From: Porphyridium purpureum
Lineage: Eukaryota
Direction of reading: 5' to 3'
NCBI GenBank assembly: GCA_008690995.1
Contig: VRMN01000001.1
Coordinates: 2,046,001-2,110,000 of the forward strand
DNA length: 64,000 nt
Positions within the stretch are counted from its first letter, which is position 1, and the number at the start of each line of letters is the position of its first letter. This document shows positions 39,301 through 47,895 of this stretch, in pieces. The notes beneath the pieces were generated by a model. The model made no database searches, was not told where the DNA came from, and saw nothing but the letters and a program-made list of their open reading frames with translations. Made by a program: the position numbers and the translations under genes.

Positions 39301-40879
39301 CAGCAGCGACCGGGCACGTGTGGCTGCGTTTAGTGTGAACAATGTCAAGTTATACCGGGCACCCACGTCGCCAGCATTGATTTGCCTCTGGGCACAAACG
39401 TGCACGAGCGCGGAGGACGTGTTGTGGGAAAACGCGGATCGGAAAGAAATGCAAGGAATTCTCGCGAGAGATGTCATCCGGCCGGTAGACCGGGTGCCGA
39501 AGGGTGCAACCATACTAGGCAGTCGTTTTGAACGTGTCGTTAAGGTTGACGGCACCCGCAAGTCTCGGTTCGTGGTCCAAGGTTTTCGCGACGTTGGAGC
39601 GGCCAACGTCAATGTGCATTCTCCCGTTCTCTCAAAATACTCACTGCGCCTGCTCATTTCGGTGGCCCGTATCCGCAACAACACTGTCGAATATCGAGAC
39701 TACGCGCAAGCGTATCTACAGAGTGACTTCCCCCTCGCGCGTGCAGTCTACTTGCGCTTGAAACCTGAAGTTCGCCAACTTTTATCTACCCTCACTGATC
39801 TTCCGGACTATCCAGAATACGTGCACGTTGTGCGACCGCTTTATGGCTTAACAGAATCGGGAACGTATTGGTATGCAACGCTGCGCAAGGCGTTTGAGCG
39901 GGAAGGCTTCAAGGTTGCGGCGTTGGACGCATGCGTAATGTATCTGCACGGCCACGGTGCCGTGGGTATCTTGGTCGACGACACAATTCTCGTCGGGGAT
40001 GACTTTGCCAGGCGGGCAGAGTCTCGAGTTTCGGCTCGTTATGACAACAAGGGCTTGTCCGCACCTCCGTTTTCGTTCAATGGTTTCCGGGTCCTGCGAC
40101 ATGGGGACAATTACACGCTTGATCATCACAAATATGTTCGCGACAATTTATCAACCAGAGTCGTACGAGACTACAAAGAATTCCAGCAAGTTCGCGGCCA
40201 GTTGGCCTATGTGGCTACAGGTACGCGGCCTGACATTCTGTGCGCCGTGGCCCAGCTATCCCAAGTGACGACGACAACGTTTACGCATGAGCATGCGCGT
40301 CTGCTTCGAGCAGCTTGTCGCCAAGTGACAGATTTCCCGCGCTGCTTGTTCTTCAATGATTTGCGCAGCCCATTTCGGCTCAGAGTCTACGCAGACGCAA
40401 GTTACGCGTCCAACCCAGACCACACTTCACAAATTGGCTTCGCAATCTTTCTCGGCGACGATTCTGAAAATGCGCACTTGATACACGCGCAGTCAAACAA
40501 AAGCAGGCAAGTGGCGCATTCAGTTTTGAGTGCCGAACTCTTGGCGCTTTGCATCGCTTTTGACTTTGCCGAAGCCGTGCAGCTCGAGCTGCTGGCGCAC
40601 GGACTCAGTGTGCCCATTGTCCTTGCTACAGATAGCAAGCAGATATTCGACTCAATAACGAAAAGCTCGGTGCTTGCCGAAAAGAGACTGATGGTCCGCA
40701 TGCTTGTTTTGCGCCAGGGCCTCGAAGACTTGCGCATCTCTCAAGTGCTCCATGTGCCTGGCGCTTCAAATATCGCAGACGCGCTTACGAAGAACCGTGC
40801 CTGTGCACTGTGGGATCGCTTCTTGCGAGAAGGCAAACTTGCGCACGTCCATTCTGCGTCAGTATATCTTGTCGAATGA
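36359..40879 (+). CDS. Gag-Pol polyprotein (1506 aa): capsid, CCHC knuckle, protease, integrase, RT, RNase H
   Basis: CQHCGRMGHSREIC; FVDSGAGRS; HKRFGH..CTVC with QMDF/VVDRE/VERHH; KSRFVVQGF, AYLQS, PLYGLTESG, LVDD; YADAS, SAELLA, TDSK, NIADALTK. Confidence 0.96.
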   Translation: MSDDAAGAGSSGPGSPGHSPPDSGDRNGSLVRSLRDTGVLAPAWWPQTLRIHDEVGDLLEMAAASPNDYIEMLMVERIVTIEWLTARGGPVSIAAWVNFCRERGIPNFEPGVSVRASFQRFTVHSVDDVVHDSNASPVTPSVERFVDRGVPMHLIAPVNRSEAASHSPPASRAEQTSPEAPAVQAPASVPGARDFIRYMSEVRFSGSPNTIPFRRWRNRLESAREMFGVNDAQVARALPLITSGQAESLLYAKARELPRLSQKLSLLEKSFASAAAMTAQKQALKSANFAVFVSKESTRVLAFDALVRHVEDVCSFLGYPYDEPGQVADHVIQAMYASDYAPTLSLALIGTRDGADVIAELRVFLHELDARNGRLLPAATGIYYSRPSASFQHAPQPSARPPQGLPYRPPTSSYRPPVRNRSGNERGAQVCQHCGRMGHSREICWSRNPPAVGLVLDEVQEVHDTTTSGHRVAFEVEPEGDVQQIGVEGPDPREPEQDFGGNLVAFAYDVYRTQHVLPTVPRWRVFVDSGAGRSVAGWRAYTEYCRAQGKSSKLAPAGGEQPVNWGGPLSPVGVGRVRIPVGKDHFVEFNPVVVDNDDLPILFGGQDQDQHHFDLIRTTDPPRLSSPSFSVPLRRLHSGHLEVVFPSQGGAPSLLDTALYTSDELMTLHKRFGHASAHKVRKIINLAGERIEPSEFRKFEDDARNCTVCQWYQGRRTTYKVAAEINVEFNHVVQMDFVFIVHNGRNIKVLHAVCAGTKWNAAIESTDGTAPGVFSDFFRMWVSIFGAPHRLVVDREKVLDSNDLEVMFLNEGCILDPVAIESHWSVGYVERHHEPLRKVCSRIMLEDPSAQFADVLSFALRAINTTTGPENIIPSLLVFGTIPRIHVRSEAAIHDSRESQERRITAMLVARNEYEVLVSKMKLAAARRTRTPQYPGDNDALVPGAAVLVRRENDRAWTGPYVCHGVDGTRAQVSVLMPSQVSSDRARVAAFSVNNVKLYRAPTSPALICLWAQTCTSAEDVLWENADRKEMQGILARDVIRPVDRVPKGATILGSRFERVVKVDGTRKSRFVVQGFRDVGAANVNVHSPVLSKYSLRLLISVARIRNNTVEYRDYAQAYLQSDFPLARAVYLRLKPEVRQLLSTLTDLPDYPEYVHVVRPLYGLTESGTYWYATLRKAFEREGFKVAALDACVMYLHGHGAVGILVDDTILVGDDFARRAESRVSARYDNKGLSAPPFSFNGFRVLRHGDNYTLDHHKYVRDNLSTRVVRDYKEFQQVRGQLAYVATGTRPDILCAVAQLSQVTTTTFTHEHARLLRAACRQVTDFPRCLFFNDLRSPFRLRVYADASYASNPDHTSQIGFAIFLGDDSENAHLIHAQSNKSRQVAHSVLSAELLALCIAFDFAEAVQLELLAHGLSVPIVLATDSKQIFDSITKSSVLAEKRLMVRMLVLRQGLEDLRISQVLHVPGASNIADALTKNRACALWDRFLREGKLAHVHSASVYLVE

Positions 40880-40925
40880 GAATAAGGATGAATGGAACAT
40901 CCGTTTGGTGCAGCAAGGAGAGAAC

Positions 40926-40949
40926 AGAAAAAGAAAAGAAAAGGGCGAG
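40926..40949 (+). other. Polypurine tract (plus-strand primer)
   Basis: AGAAAAAGAAAAGAAAAGGGCGAG directly abuts the 3' LTR. Confidence 0.9.
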
Positions 40950-41269
40950 TGTCAGAAATCTTCCTACGGCTCTTGAGAACCCTGAAAATAACTCAGCACC
41001 AAACGTCTAGTGATGGGTATTTAATCGTGCGCGCTTCACGCCTCGCGGCGTCAAGTCCAGGTCTTAGAGCAAGATAAAAGGAAAAGGGTTATAGCTTAAA
41101 CGCGTGCGAGCGAAACTAGATTAGGTTCGGTCAAAAGGGTGACAGAGGGCTATAGCCACTCCTCATCAGACCACCGCGGCGCCCATGACCAGACGGTCGT
41201 CGGCTCGTTGGTTCCCTCGTGCGCTTCAAGGAGATATCTTCCGGGTCGCAACCCGACATCATTGCGACA
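40950..41269 (+). repeat. 3' LTR (320 bp)
   Basis: Direct repeat of 35948-36270. Confidence 0.96.
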
Positions 41270-41330
41270 AATAGAGACACTTTTCGATAATCAGTTTGGT
41301 GAAGGAGTCGACGAGGGCGAGATCGAGGAC

Positions 41331-42068
41331 ATGCCGCCAATGCGTACGGCGACAATCGAGTACGATGCGTACGCTGTAGCACAAGCGCACTCGGCAAAGC
41401 ACTGCTTTGTGAACGTCTTGGGTGTGCTTCTTGCGTCGCGAGAATCGCCGACTGGGTTGCATAGCGCGGCAGCACAGACGCAGGTATCTCCAGACACTGT
41501 TCGGATTGTGGAGAGCGTGCCGCTGTGTCATGACGTGCAAGAAACATGGCCGCGCGTGCAGGCAGCTATGATGATTGCCTCAAAGTACGCGCTCCGGAAA
41601 GGACTTGTCATCGTCGGGGTGTACGTTGCAAACGAAGTTTCGGAGGATACGCGGCCGCCACGAACGGCCATGCTGCTTCTCAACAGAATTGTGAGCGGAA
41701 CGCAACGCTCTACCGGCGTGCTGGCTGTCTTCGAGCCCAAGGCACTGCCGGATCTCAGTGTAGTAAGGCTGTGGGCTCCGAAACCTGGCTCGGATTGGAA
41801 CGCGATGGATGTGATGAGGTGGGCGCCCGGGTCCATTCTGAGAGTCGAGTCGCTTCCAAGTGCAGGGTCCGAGGGCCTCGGCGCCGATGAAGCGGATGCC
41901 TTCGATGAATTTTGTGAAGACCAGAACGTGAAGCTGCATGGTATTGTGCGTGCCCTGCGGCGCATCGAAGTTATTGTGGAAGTTGTGGATTTTGATGACC
42001 ACTGTGCAAGGCCGTCCCTCGATTGGCTCGGTCAGACGCAGTTTTTGAAGCTGTTGAGAGGGACGTAA
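41331..42068 (+). CDS. EMC8: ER membrane protein complex subunit 8/9 (UPF0172, MPN-like)
   Basis: AYAVAQAHSAKHCFVNVLGVLL, ESVPLCH, IVGVYVANE and VVDFDDH..SLDW match the EMC8/9 pattern. Confidence 0.85.
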   Translation: MPPMRTATIEYDAYAVAQAHSAKHCFVNVLGVLLASRESPTGLHSAAAQTQVSPDTVRIVESVPLCHDVQETWPRVQAAMMIASKYALRKGLVIVGVYVANEVSEDTRPPRTAMLLLNRIVSGTQRSTGVLAVFEPKALPDLSVVRLWAPKPGSDWNAMDVMRWAPGSILRVESLPSAGSEGLGADEADAFDEFCEDQNVKLHGIVRALRRIEVIVEVVDFDDHCARPSLDWLGQTQFLKLLRGT

Positions 42069-42280
42069 TTTATGAGCCGTGGTGCAGGTGGTAGTCACGC
42101 TCACGCCAGTGGCTTTTGTGAAAGGCGGATATCGACAGTCTTTCGGGCTCACCAGGCTCTTCATGCAGCTGTGCGGTACCTTGAATCTGGGCGCAGTCAT
42201 GATGGCTACACTTTTGATGCTGATGACTAGAAGATCACAAATGTCCTCCCATTGTAATAATAATTTTAGTAGCCTCGGTA

Positions 42281-43714
42281 TCATCGATCAATCCGCAGGA
42301 CGTATTCTAACCGTATGTCACCTGTGAGTGAGTTCGCGATAAAACTAGCCGTTGATGCTGCGTAGAGCGTCTCGAGTGCTTTCTTGAGGCGCCGCTTCTC
42401 TGCATCGAGGAGATATTCTGTGCCTTCGTTGATGGAAACGTCGCACTTCATGTCGTAAAAGCGCGCTAGCAGATCATTGGGCCCTCCGTTGTGAGGTCCG
42501 CAAGCATCCCACCAGCTAGTGGAATTGATCCGTAGATGATTCACTGACACGCCGCCGCGGCGCGATGCATCTGGTCTGTGACATATCGACACAGACAGGC
42601 GCTCGTGGAGAGCGTCTAATAGAGACGTCATGGCGATAGGCCATTTTGCACTGTCGGCCACCTTTCTTGCTATGCCGAATTGCATTGCGGCGCCGTCGGG
42701 AAAGCCAGGAGACGGTGACTGTGATGCAATGAAGCTGATCGGCTTTTCGCGAAGAAACGAGCGGTCTGTACCAACACGGAAACCAGGGAATGTCAAGCGC
42801 ATGTCAACTTCCTTTTCTCGCATTTGCAGATCACCATCGGTAGCCAAGAAGAGCGAGAACACCGCACTCGAGGTCTCCAAGTCAGCCTGGCCAAGCACAA
42901 GACGTCGAGCTCGTTCCACGCGTGAAGCGGCCTCGGTCTCAATTTTTTGCTTGTCAATTTCGAAGTCTTCGCTGACCGATAGAGAGAAGTCCAGAGAGGC
43001 GTCCCCCGCGCATGATTCTCCTTGTAAATTGCTTGTCGCCACGCAGACTACGTGGGCACGCAGTTGAGATGGCACACCATAGCTCATGGTATTGCAAGCA
43101 GGCACTCGCATCTTTGCTGACTCAAAAACTCGGTGAATACTATGCACATAGTCAGTGCCTTTTCCATCATTCAACGCATGTGCCGCCACATCCATCCGCC
43201 CGTGCAGGTGAGAAGCCTGATTGGCTCGGCTCGACCTCGCGGATGGATGCGACTGCGCGTCTCGTGCGTGAGGATTGTTTCCTCCTGTGTCCATTGCATA
43301 ATCAGCGGAACGGCTAGTTCTGGCCGTGACAACGAGCTCACAGTCATGAAAACATGGAGGCACGGCTGTTTGCGGGTCCAGCACCTTTCGCAAGTCGCAT
43401 GCGCCAGTGACGGCGACCTCGATAGCGCTCAGGGGCACGCCCTGGAGTTGGCTTTCTTCCTGCATATTCACGGCAAAGCAATGCGCAATGGCGGCCAGGC
43501 ACATCTCCGGCGCGCACAGCGACCGCTCGGTGCCCAGCACTGCCATGAACGGCGAGACGCACGAGGACACGTCGCGCGGCGCGGCCTTGAATCTCTTCGC
43601 ATCAAAGCTACCGTCTCGAGCCGGCTGCTTCCTGGCCGCCGCCAAGGTATCCGGCTCCATCTCGGCCCATTCGTCTTCCATCATGAGCAGTAAAACCACA
43701 CCTTTCGCAGCCAT
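42281..43714 (-). CDS. OsmC/Ohr-like protein, probably two tandem OsmC-like modules
   Basis: LG..PEMCLAAIAHCF..GVPLSAIEVAVTGACDLRKVL..PPCFHDCELVV..VPACNTM fits OsmC; a similar, more degenerate pattern recurs in the C-terminal half. Confidence 0.65.
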   Translation of the reverse strand: MAAKGVVLLLMMEDEWAEMEPDTLAAARKQPARDGSFDAKRFKAAPRDVSSCVSPFMAVLGTERSLCAPEMCLAAIAHCFAVNMQEESQLQGVPLSAIEVAVTGACDLRKVLDPQTAVPPCFHDCELVVTARTSRSADYAMDTGGNNPHARDAQSHPSARSSRANQASHLHGRMDVAAHALNDGKGTDYVHSIHRVFESAKMRVPACNTMSYGVPSQLRAHVVCVATSNLQGESCAGDASLDFSLSVSEDFEIDKQKIETEAASRVERARRLVLGQADLETSSAVFSLFLATDGDLQMREKEVDMRLTFPGFRVGTDRSFLREKPISFIASQSPSPGFPDGAAMQFGIARKVADSAKWPIAMTSLLDALHERLSVSICHRPDASRRGGVSVNHLRINSTSWWDACGPHNGGPNDLLARFYDMKCDVSINEGTEYLLDAEKRRLKKALETLYAASTASFIANSLTGDIRLEYVLRIDR

Positions 43715-43936
43715 ACTTTTGCGTGTGCATTCGTTGTGCTCAGTAACAAGCACCGTCTAAATACTTCCAATCCGTTCGGCTCTTGCACACTTCGGCAGGG
43801 AGTTGCGCGGGAGCCGCAGCGGTGGTGTGGAGGAGTGGACGTGCATGCGTGCAAGTGGTACAAGCTGAGTCGATGGGTACTGGCGATAGTTGAGTGAGGA
43901 AGGACAAAACAAGGCAGCGCAGTTGCGTGATAGTGT

Positions 43937-45001
43937 TTAAAAGTTGTATAAGCACAGGACGTCTCGCAGCTGCAGCTCTTGTCTGCACAAGGGACATGCA
44001 GCGTTCCTCACTGTCCACGGCGCAACACAGTGCCAGCAAAATACGTGACCGCACGGTGTGCAAGCTGGGTCGCGCATGGCTTCAAGGCACAACGTACAAG
44101 ACTTCCGACTACGACTTTGCGAGATACTCATCCCTACTTCCAGCGACCGATCGTTCTGTAAATGATCGCTGCCACCTAACACAGCCGACTCTGTGCGCTG
44201 CTCGCCGTCGTCTTGCTCGAGAGGACGCTCGAACACCATGCGAGCGAGCTGCTCAAAAAGGAGGATCCGCGCGGAAGGTGCTCCCGAGCTCAGCCTTTGC
44301 GACTTGCTTTCTCGGTGCGAGCTGCTTTGCTCTCTCCTCGCAGCACGCGCCGCGCGGCGCAGTGTCCGGAAGAGGAAGAGAGCGGCCTGCACGACGAGCT
44401 GAATGGACAGAAGCAGACCAAGCAGCTTGTATTGGTTGTTGGAGATGCCTGTGCGGGCATTGCGGCCCACGTTTGCATACTGCACGCCTGTGCAGCGCCG
44501 CGCAAACTCATAGTATTGCGACGTGAAATAGAAGATGGCCAAGTGGATCTTCGCGGCGTATTCGAGCATCGCACTGAGCGCTTCATCCTTGATAATGAGC
44601 CCAAGTTGGGTGCGAAAGAGCCTCTTAATGACCAGCTGGACCGTACGTGAGCTGAACGCATACATCAAGCCCGTCACCAGATGGCGCGCGGCGTGCACGC
44701 GCGACGTGCGCGACGGCCGAATCTGCATTATATCGCAATACTCCTCGCCCAAAGTCTGGCGCCTTTGCGCTCCGAGCACGCACAGCCAGTAGTACACGAC
44801 GTCCCCCGCCGTGTCCAGGATGCCGGGCAAGCTGGTGCGGAGTCGCGCGTTCCAACGGCCCGCCGTGTTGGGCACCCATACCATCACTGCCGCGCGCAAC
44901 AAGCGCTGCAGCTCCTCCCGGTACTCCACATCCTTCTGCACGGCGCGGATCACCAACGCCGTTTCAGCCCCCGGCAATGCCAGTGCATCAACCACCGCCA
45001 T
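43937..45001 (-). CDS. PEX10: Peroxin 10 (Pex2/12 N-domain + C3HC4 RING)
   Basis: IRAVQKD, QTLGEEYCDI, IHLAIFYFTSQYYEFARRCTGVQY and CTLCLE..TPCGHVFCWHC..CPLCR motifs. Confidence 0.95.
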   Translation of the reverse strand: MAVVDALALPGAETALVIRAVQKDVEYREELQRLLRAAVMVWVPNTAGRWNARLRTSLPGILDTAGDVVYYWLCVLGAQRRQTLGEEYCDIMQIRPSRTSRVHAARHLVTGLMYAFSSRTVQLVIKRLFRTQLGLIIKDEALSAMLEYAAKIHLAIFYFTSQYYEFARRCTGVQYANVGRNARTGISNNQYKLLGLLLSIQLVVQAALFLFRTLRRAARAARREQSSSHRESKSQRLSSGAPSARILLFEQLARMVFERPLEQDDGEQRTESAVLGGSDHLQNDRSLEVGMSISQSRSRKSCTLCLEAMRDPACTPCGHVFCWHCVAPWTVRNAACPLCRQELQLRDVLCLYNF

Positions 45002-45166
45002 ACTCCACTCACCGCTTCATCGCTCGGCTGTCGTGTCCACGCTTGAGCCATTTGCGAGCAGTAGCGCAAAGAGGACCAACCAACGACTTGATCGCGAAGC
45101 ACGCCGAGGCGCGCAGAAAAAGAGGGCGAGAGGTTCGGGTTTTGTTCTGTTGGAAGCGTCAGCGCG

Positions 45167-46507
45167 ATGCTTGCGGCAGGGCGTGGCGTCAGCAGTGGTG
45201 GTGGAGGCAGTGGCCTGTCGTCGCGGCTCACGGGATGGGACACGTTTTCCAAGACAGTGGAGGAGTTTCGCGAGTACACCTTCACGGGCGGGATGATTTC
45301 GCTGCTGAGTGTGGGTGTGATTCTTGTGCTCACGCTCTTTGAGTTTGTGAATTATCTGAGTCCGGACCGCCATACAGAGTTTTTAGTGGACTCTGAGCGG
45401 CTAGGAACCATGAAGATCTTCCTGGACATCGACTTTCCTGCTTTGCGCTGTGACTGGCTTGGAATCGATGCCATCGAGATGTCCGGAAAGAGCCAGCTTT
45501 CAATAGAAAACCACCTATCCAAGACCCAGCTTGGCGGTGGGCTCGCTGCCGTCGAGAATAGTGGTGACACGGCGTCGACTGTGGCCAAGCAGGGTTTGAC
45601 GAAGAGGTTGATGGCATCTGGACGCGCTTCCAGGCTAAGAAACAGGGTAAGCCCTTCCGGTTCTGCTCAGAAAGACGCAGCAAATGGAGCACCAAATCAA
45701 GCGTTTCATTTGTCTCAGCATGTGCAACCCGTGAGCAAGGATTACTGCGGTAGTTGCTACGGTGCCTTGAAGGAGGGCGAATGCTGCAACACGTGCAACG
45801 ATGTACGTCGAGCCTTTCAGAAGCGTGGCTGGGTGCTGGACTCGACCAATTCAATCGAGCAGTGCGTCCGCGAAGGCGTGGTGAGCGTGGACGGTGCCGA
45901 CGACGACTCGGCTGCTGGAGTGGCCGGTTGCAACATCCGCGGCTACGTGGAAATCGACAAGATTGCGGGGAACTTGCACATTTTGCCCGGCCGGACTTAC
46001 GAGGCCGAGGGGCAGCTCCTGTACGATGCGAACAACATTGAGTTTTCCAAGATGAACCTGTCGCACACGATCCATCATTTTACAATTGGCGATTCTTTTC
46101 CTGGCCGGACGAACCCGCTGGACGGTGCGTCCAAAACGATGCAGGAGGATGGCTATCCGGGCCAGCACGAGTACTTTTTGAAAGTGGTTCCGACGGCGTA
46201 CAAGAGCATAGGCTGGTGGAACCGGATGCGCTCGGACATCGCGGACACATACCAGTACAGTGTGACCGAGTACTTCCACCGCGTTTCAGAGAAGGACTAC
46301 ATATCCTCGCAGCCGGGTGTCTACTTTGTGTACGACTTGTCTCCCATTGCCGTTGTGTACGAAGACCGGCGGAACTCGTTTGCTTCGTTCCTTGTCCAGT
46401 TGTGCGCCATTGTTGGCGGGGTGTTCACAGTCAGCGGCATGCTGGATAGCTCAATCCACACTTCCGCCAAGGTGGTGCAGAAGATGCGCATGGGCAAGAA
46501 GGACTGA
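45167..46507 (+). CDS. ERGIC3: ERGIC3/Erv46 COPII vesicle protein
   Basis: DTFSK..TFTGG, IDFPALRC, YCGSCYGA..CCNTCNDVRRAF, KIAGNLH, YFLKVVPT, PGVYFVYDLSPI, LCAIVGGVFTV; C-terminal MGKKD. Confidence 0.95.
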   Translation: MLAAGRGVSSGGGGSGLSSRLTGWDTFSKTVEEFREYTFTGGMISLLSVGVILVLTLFEFVNYLSPDRHTEFLVDSERLGTMKIFLDIDFPALRCDWLGIDAIEMSGKSQLSIENHLSKTQLGGGLAAVENSGDTASTVAKQGLTKRLMASGRASRLRNRVSPSGSAQKDAANGAPNQAFHLSQHVQPVSKDYCGSCYGALKEGECCNTCNDVRRAFQKRGWVLDSTNSIEQCVREGVVSVDGADDDSAAGVAGCNIRGYVEIDKIAGNLHILPGRTYEAEGQLLYDANNIEFSKMNLSHTIHHFTIGDSFPGRTNPLDGASKTMQEDGYPGQHEYFLKVVPTAYKSIGWWNRMRSDIADTYQYSVTEYFHRVSEKDYISSQPGVYFVYDLSPIAVVYEDRRNSFASFLVQLCAIVGGVFTVSGMLDSSIHTSAKVVQKMRMGKKD

Positions 46508-46615
46508 GCGTGGCAAGTAAGCAGAACACCCCTGTCACTTTCTCGCCACAGACCGCAACCACGTGGTCTGTCTCCCTCTGTTTATTTCATCCCGTTCAAA
46601 CCAGGTGTCGAAGAC

Positions 46616-46636
46616 CAGCAGCAGCAGCAGCAGCAG
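46616..46636. repeat. (CAG)7 microsatellite
   Basis: Directly visible, intergenic. Confidence 0.9.
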
Positions 46637-47334
46637 CCAACGCAAAACGAAAAGTGATATGAAAACTAGGCGGTTTTAATATCAACATTCGGACATGGTC
46701 GTGGTGGGACCGCGCGGAGTTCATAACAACGCAGGCTCCCGGCATATGAACGGCGATTCCGCATGCGTTACACCGCGCTGACTGGATTAGACCTGCCGAT
46801 GGTGGCAAGTAAGTTGGTTGCGCATGCGCGGAGACGGCTTGAACGTGAACAACCGTGCGAGCCGGCCTGATGCTCATGCGCTGGAGTCGGCGCGCGGTAC
46901 AAGCGCAACGACGAAAGCTCGATCAGCATCAACCCTTCCAGCGTGTCTTTCGACCCCGCGCGCGACCATGGGGGCATCATTAACTCTCCTTTCAGCATGA
47001 CCGCCAAAATGGATAGTGGCGTCGTTGTAAACTGCGCAGCGAGGGTCGGATCCGCCTGACTGGACAGCCCTGACGAGGACGATGCAGATGGAACTCGTGG
47101 TGTAGCTTGATGAGCAATGGGTTTCGTTGGGAGTTTATGGGTACAAGAGGAGCGACCAGCGTCGTGCGAGCGTGCGGGAGAAGGAGAGCGACAGGTGTGC
47201 GACGAAACGAGAAGGGAAAAGAAGAAACGCTCGTTGAATGAGACCAAGAAAGCACATTTGGAACAAAGTCATTCTCGGAAACGGCACGGCCATTATCGAT
47301 CGGTCATTTCACTCCAAGAATCCCCACAAAGAAT

Positions 47335-47787
47335 ATGGCGGAAAAGTACGACGAAGACCAATGGAAGTCGTTCGAAACTCCGAAAAGAATGGATTATGGT
47401 GCATTCAGTCATGACGACGACTTGAGTGGTCCAGTCGGACTGCAGACACCAGTGATGTCGCCGCCGGTTGAATCGACATGCACAGTGGCGATGCGTGGAT
47501 CCCTCCCAGGCATCAAGCGATCATGCGTCATGTCCTTTGCCTCCCGTGGGCGCGAAAAAGATCGGGACGTGCACCCTGAGACATCGCGAGTCCGCAGGCG
47601 CCGCTGTAGATACCGCGCGCATGCGCACGTGCGCGGCGAAAGCGGCCGTTCTCCTTCGATCGAGTTGAGTCGGGGAAGTGGCAGTTGGGATGTGCGGCAT
47701 GAAGCCGCCCGGAACTGCGTGAGCTCAGAGGACATAACAGTGGCAAAGGATCTTCACGGCGAATCGGGATCTAGGGAACCGAATTGA
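47335..47787 (+). CDS. Possible small hypothetical protein
   Basis: ATG-initiated 150-codon ORF in an otherwise empty gap; no motif. Confidence 0.3.
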   Translation: MAEKYDEDQWKSFETPKRMDYGAFSHDDDLSGPVGLQTPVMSPPVESTCTVAMRGSLPGIKRSCVMSFASRGREKDRDVHPETSRVRRRRCRYRAHAHVRGESGRSPSIELSRGSGSWDVRHEAARNCVSSEDITVAKDLHGESGSREPN

Positions 47788-47895
47788 CGGTTGCCAAACG
47801 AGTAATTCAGATTCTCCGTCTCCTTCACTTTCAGTTTCAGGAAACAGAAGCGGGGAGATGAAACGCACGATGTTCGAAAATAGAAAAATATCTAT

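Larger units (their letters stand above)
35948..41269 (+). mobile_element. Intact copia-order (IN before RT) LTR retrotransposon, 5322 bp, with 5-bp TSD AATAG
   Basis: Two LTRs TGTC...GACA; AATAG at 35943-35947 and 41270-41274; single gag-pol ORF; polypurine tract. Confidence 0.97.

Noticed and set aside
41139..41330. ORF-track N-terminal extension of EMC8 (309 aa)
   Set aside because: It starts at a GTG inside the 3' LTR. The reconstructed pre-insertion site has an in-frame TAA just upstream, so the native start is ATG 41331 or 41340.
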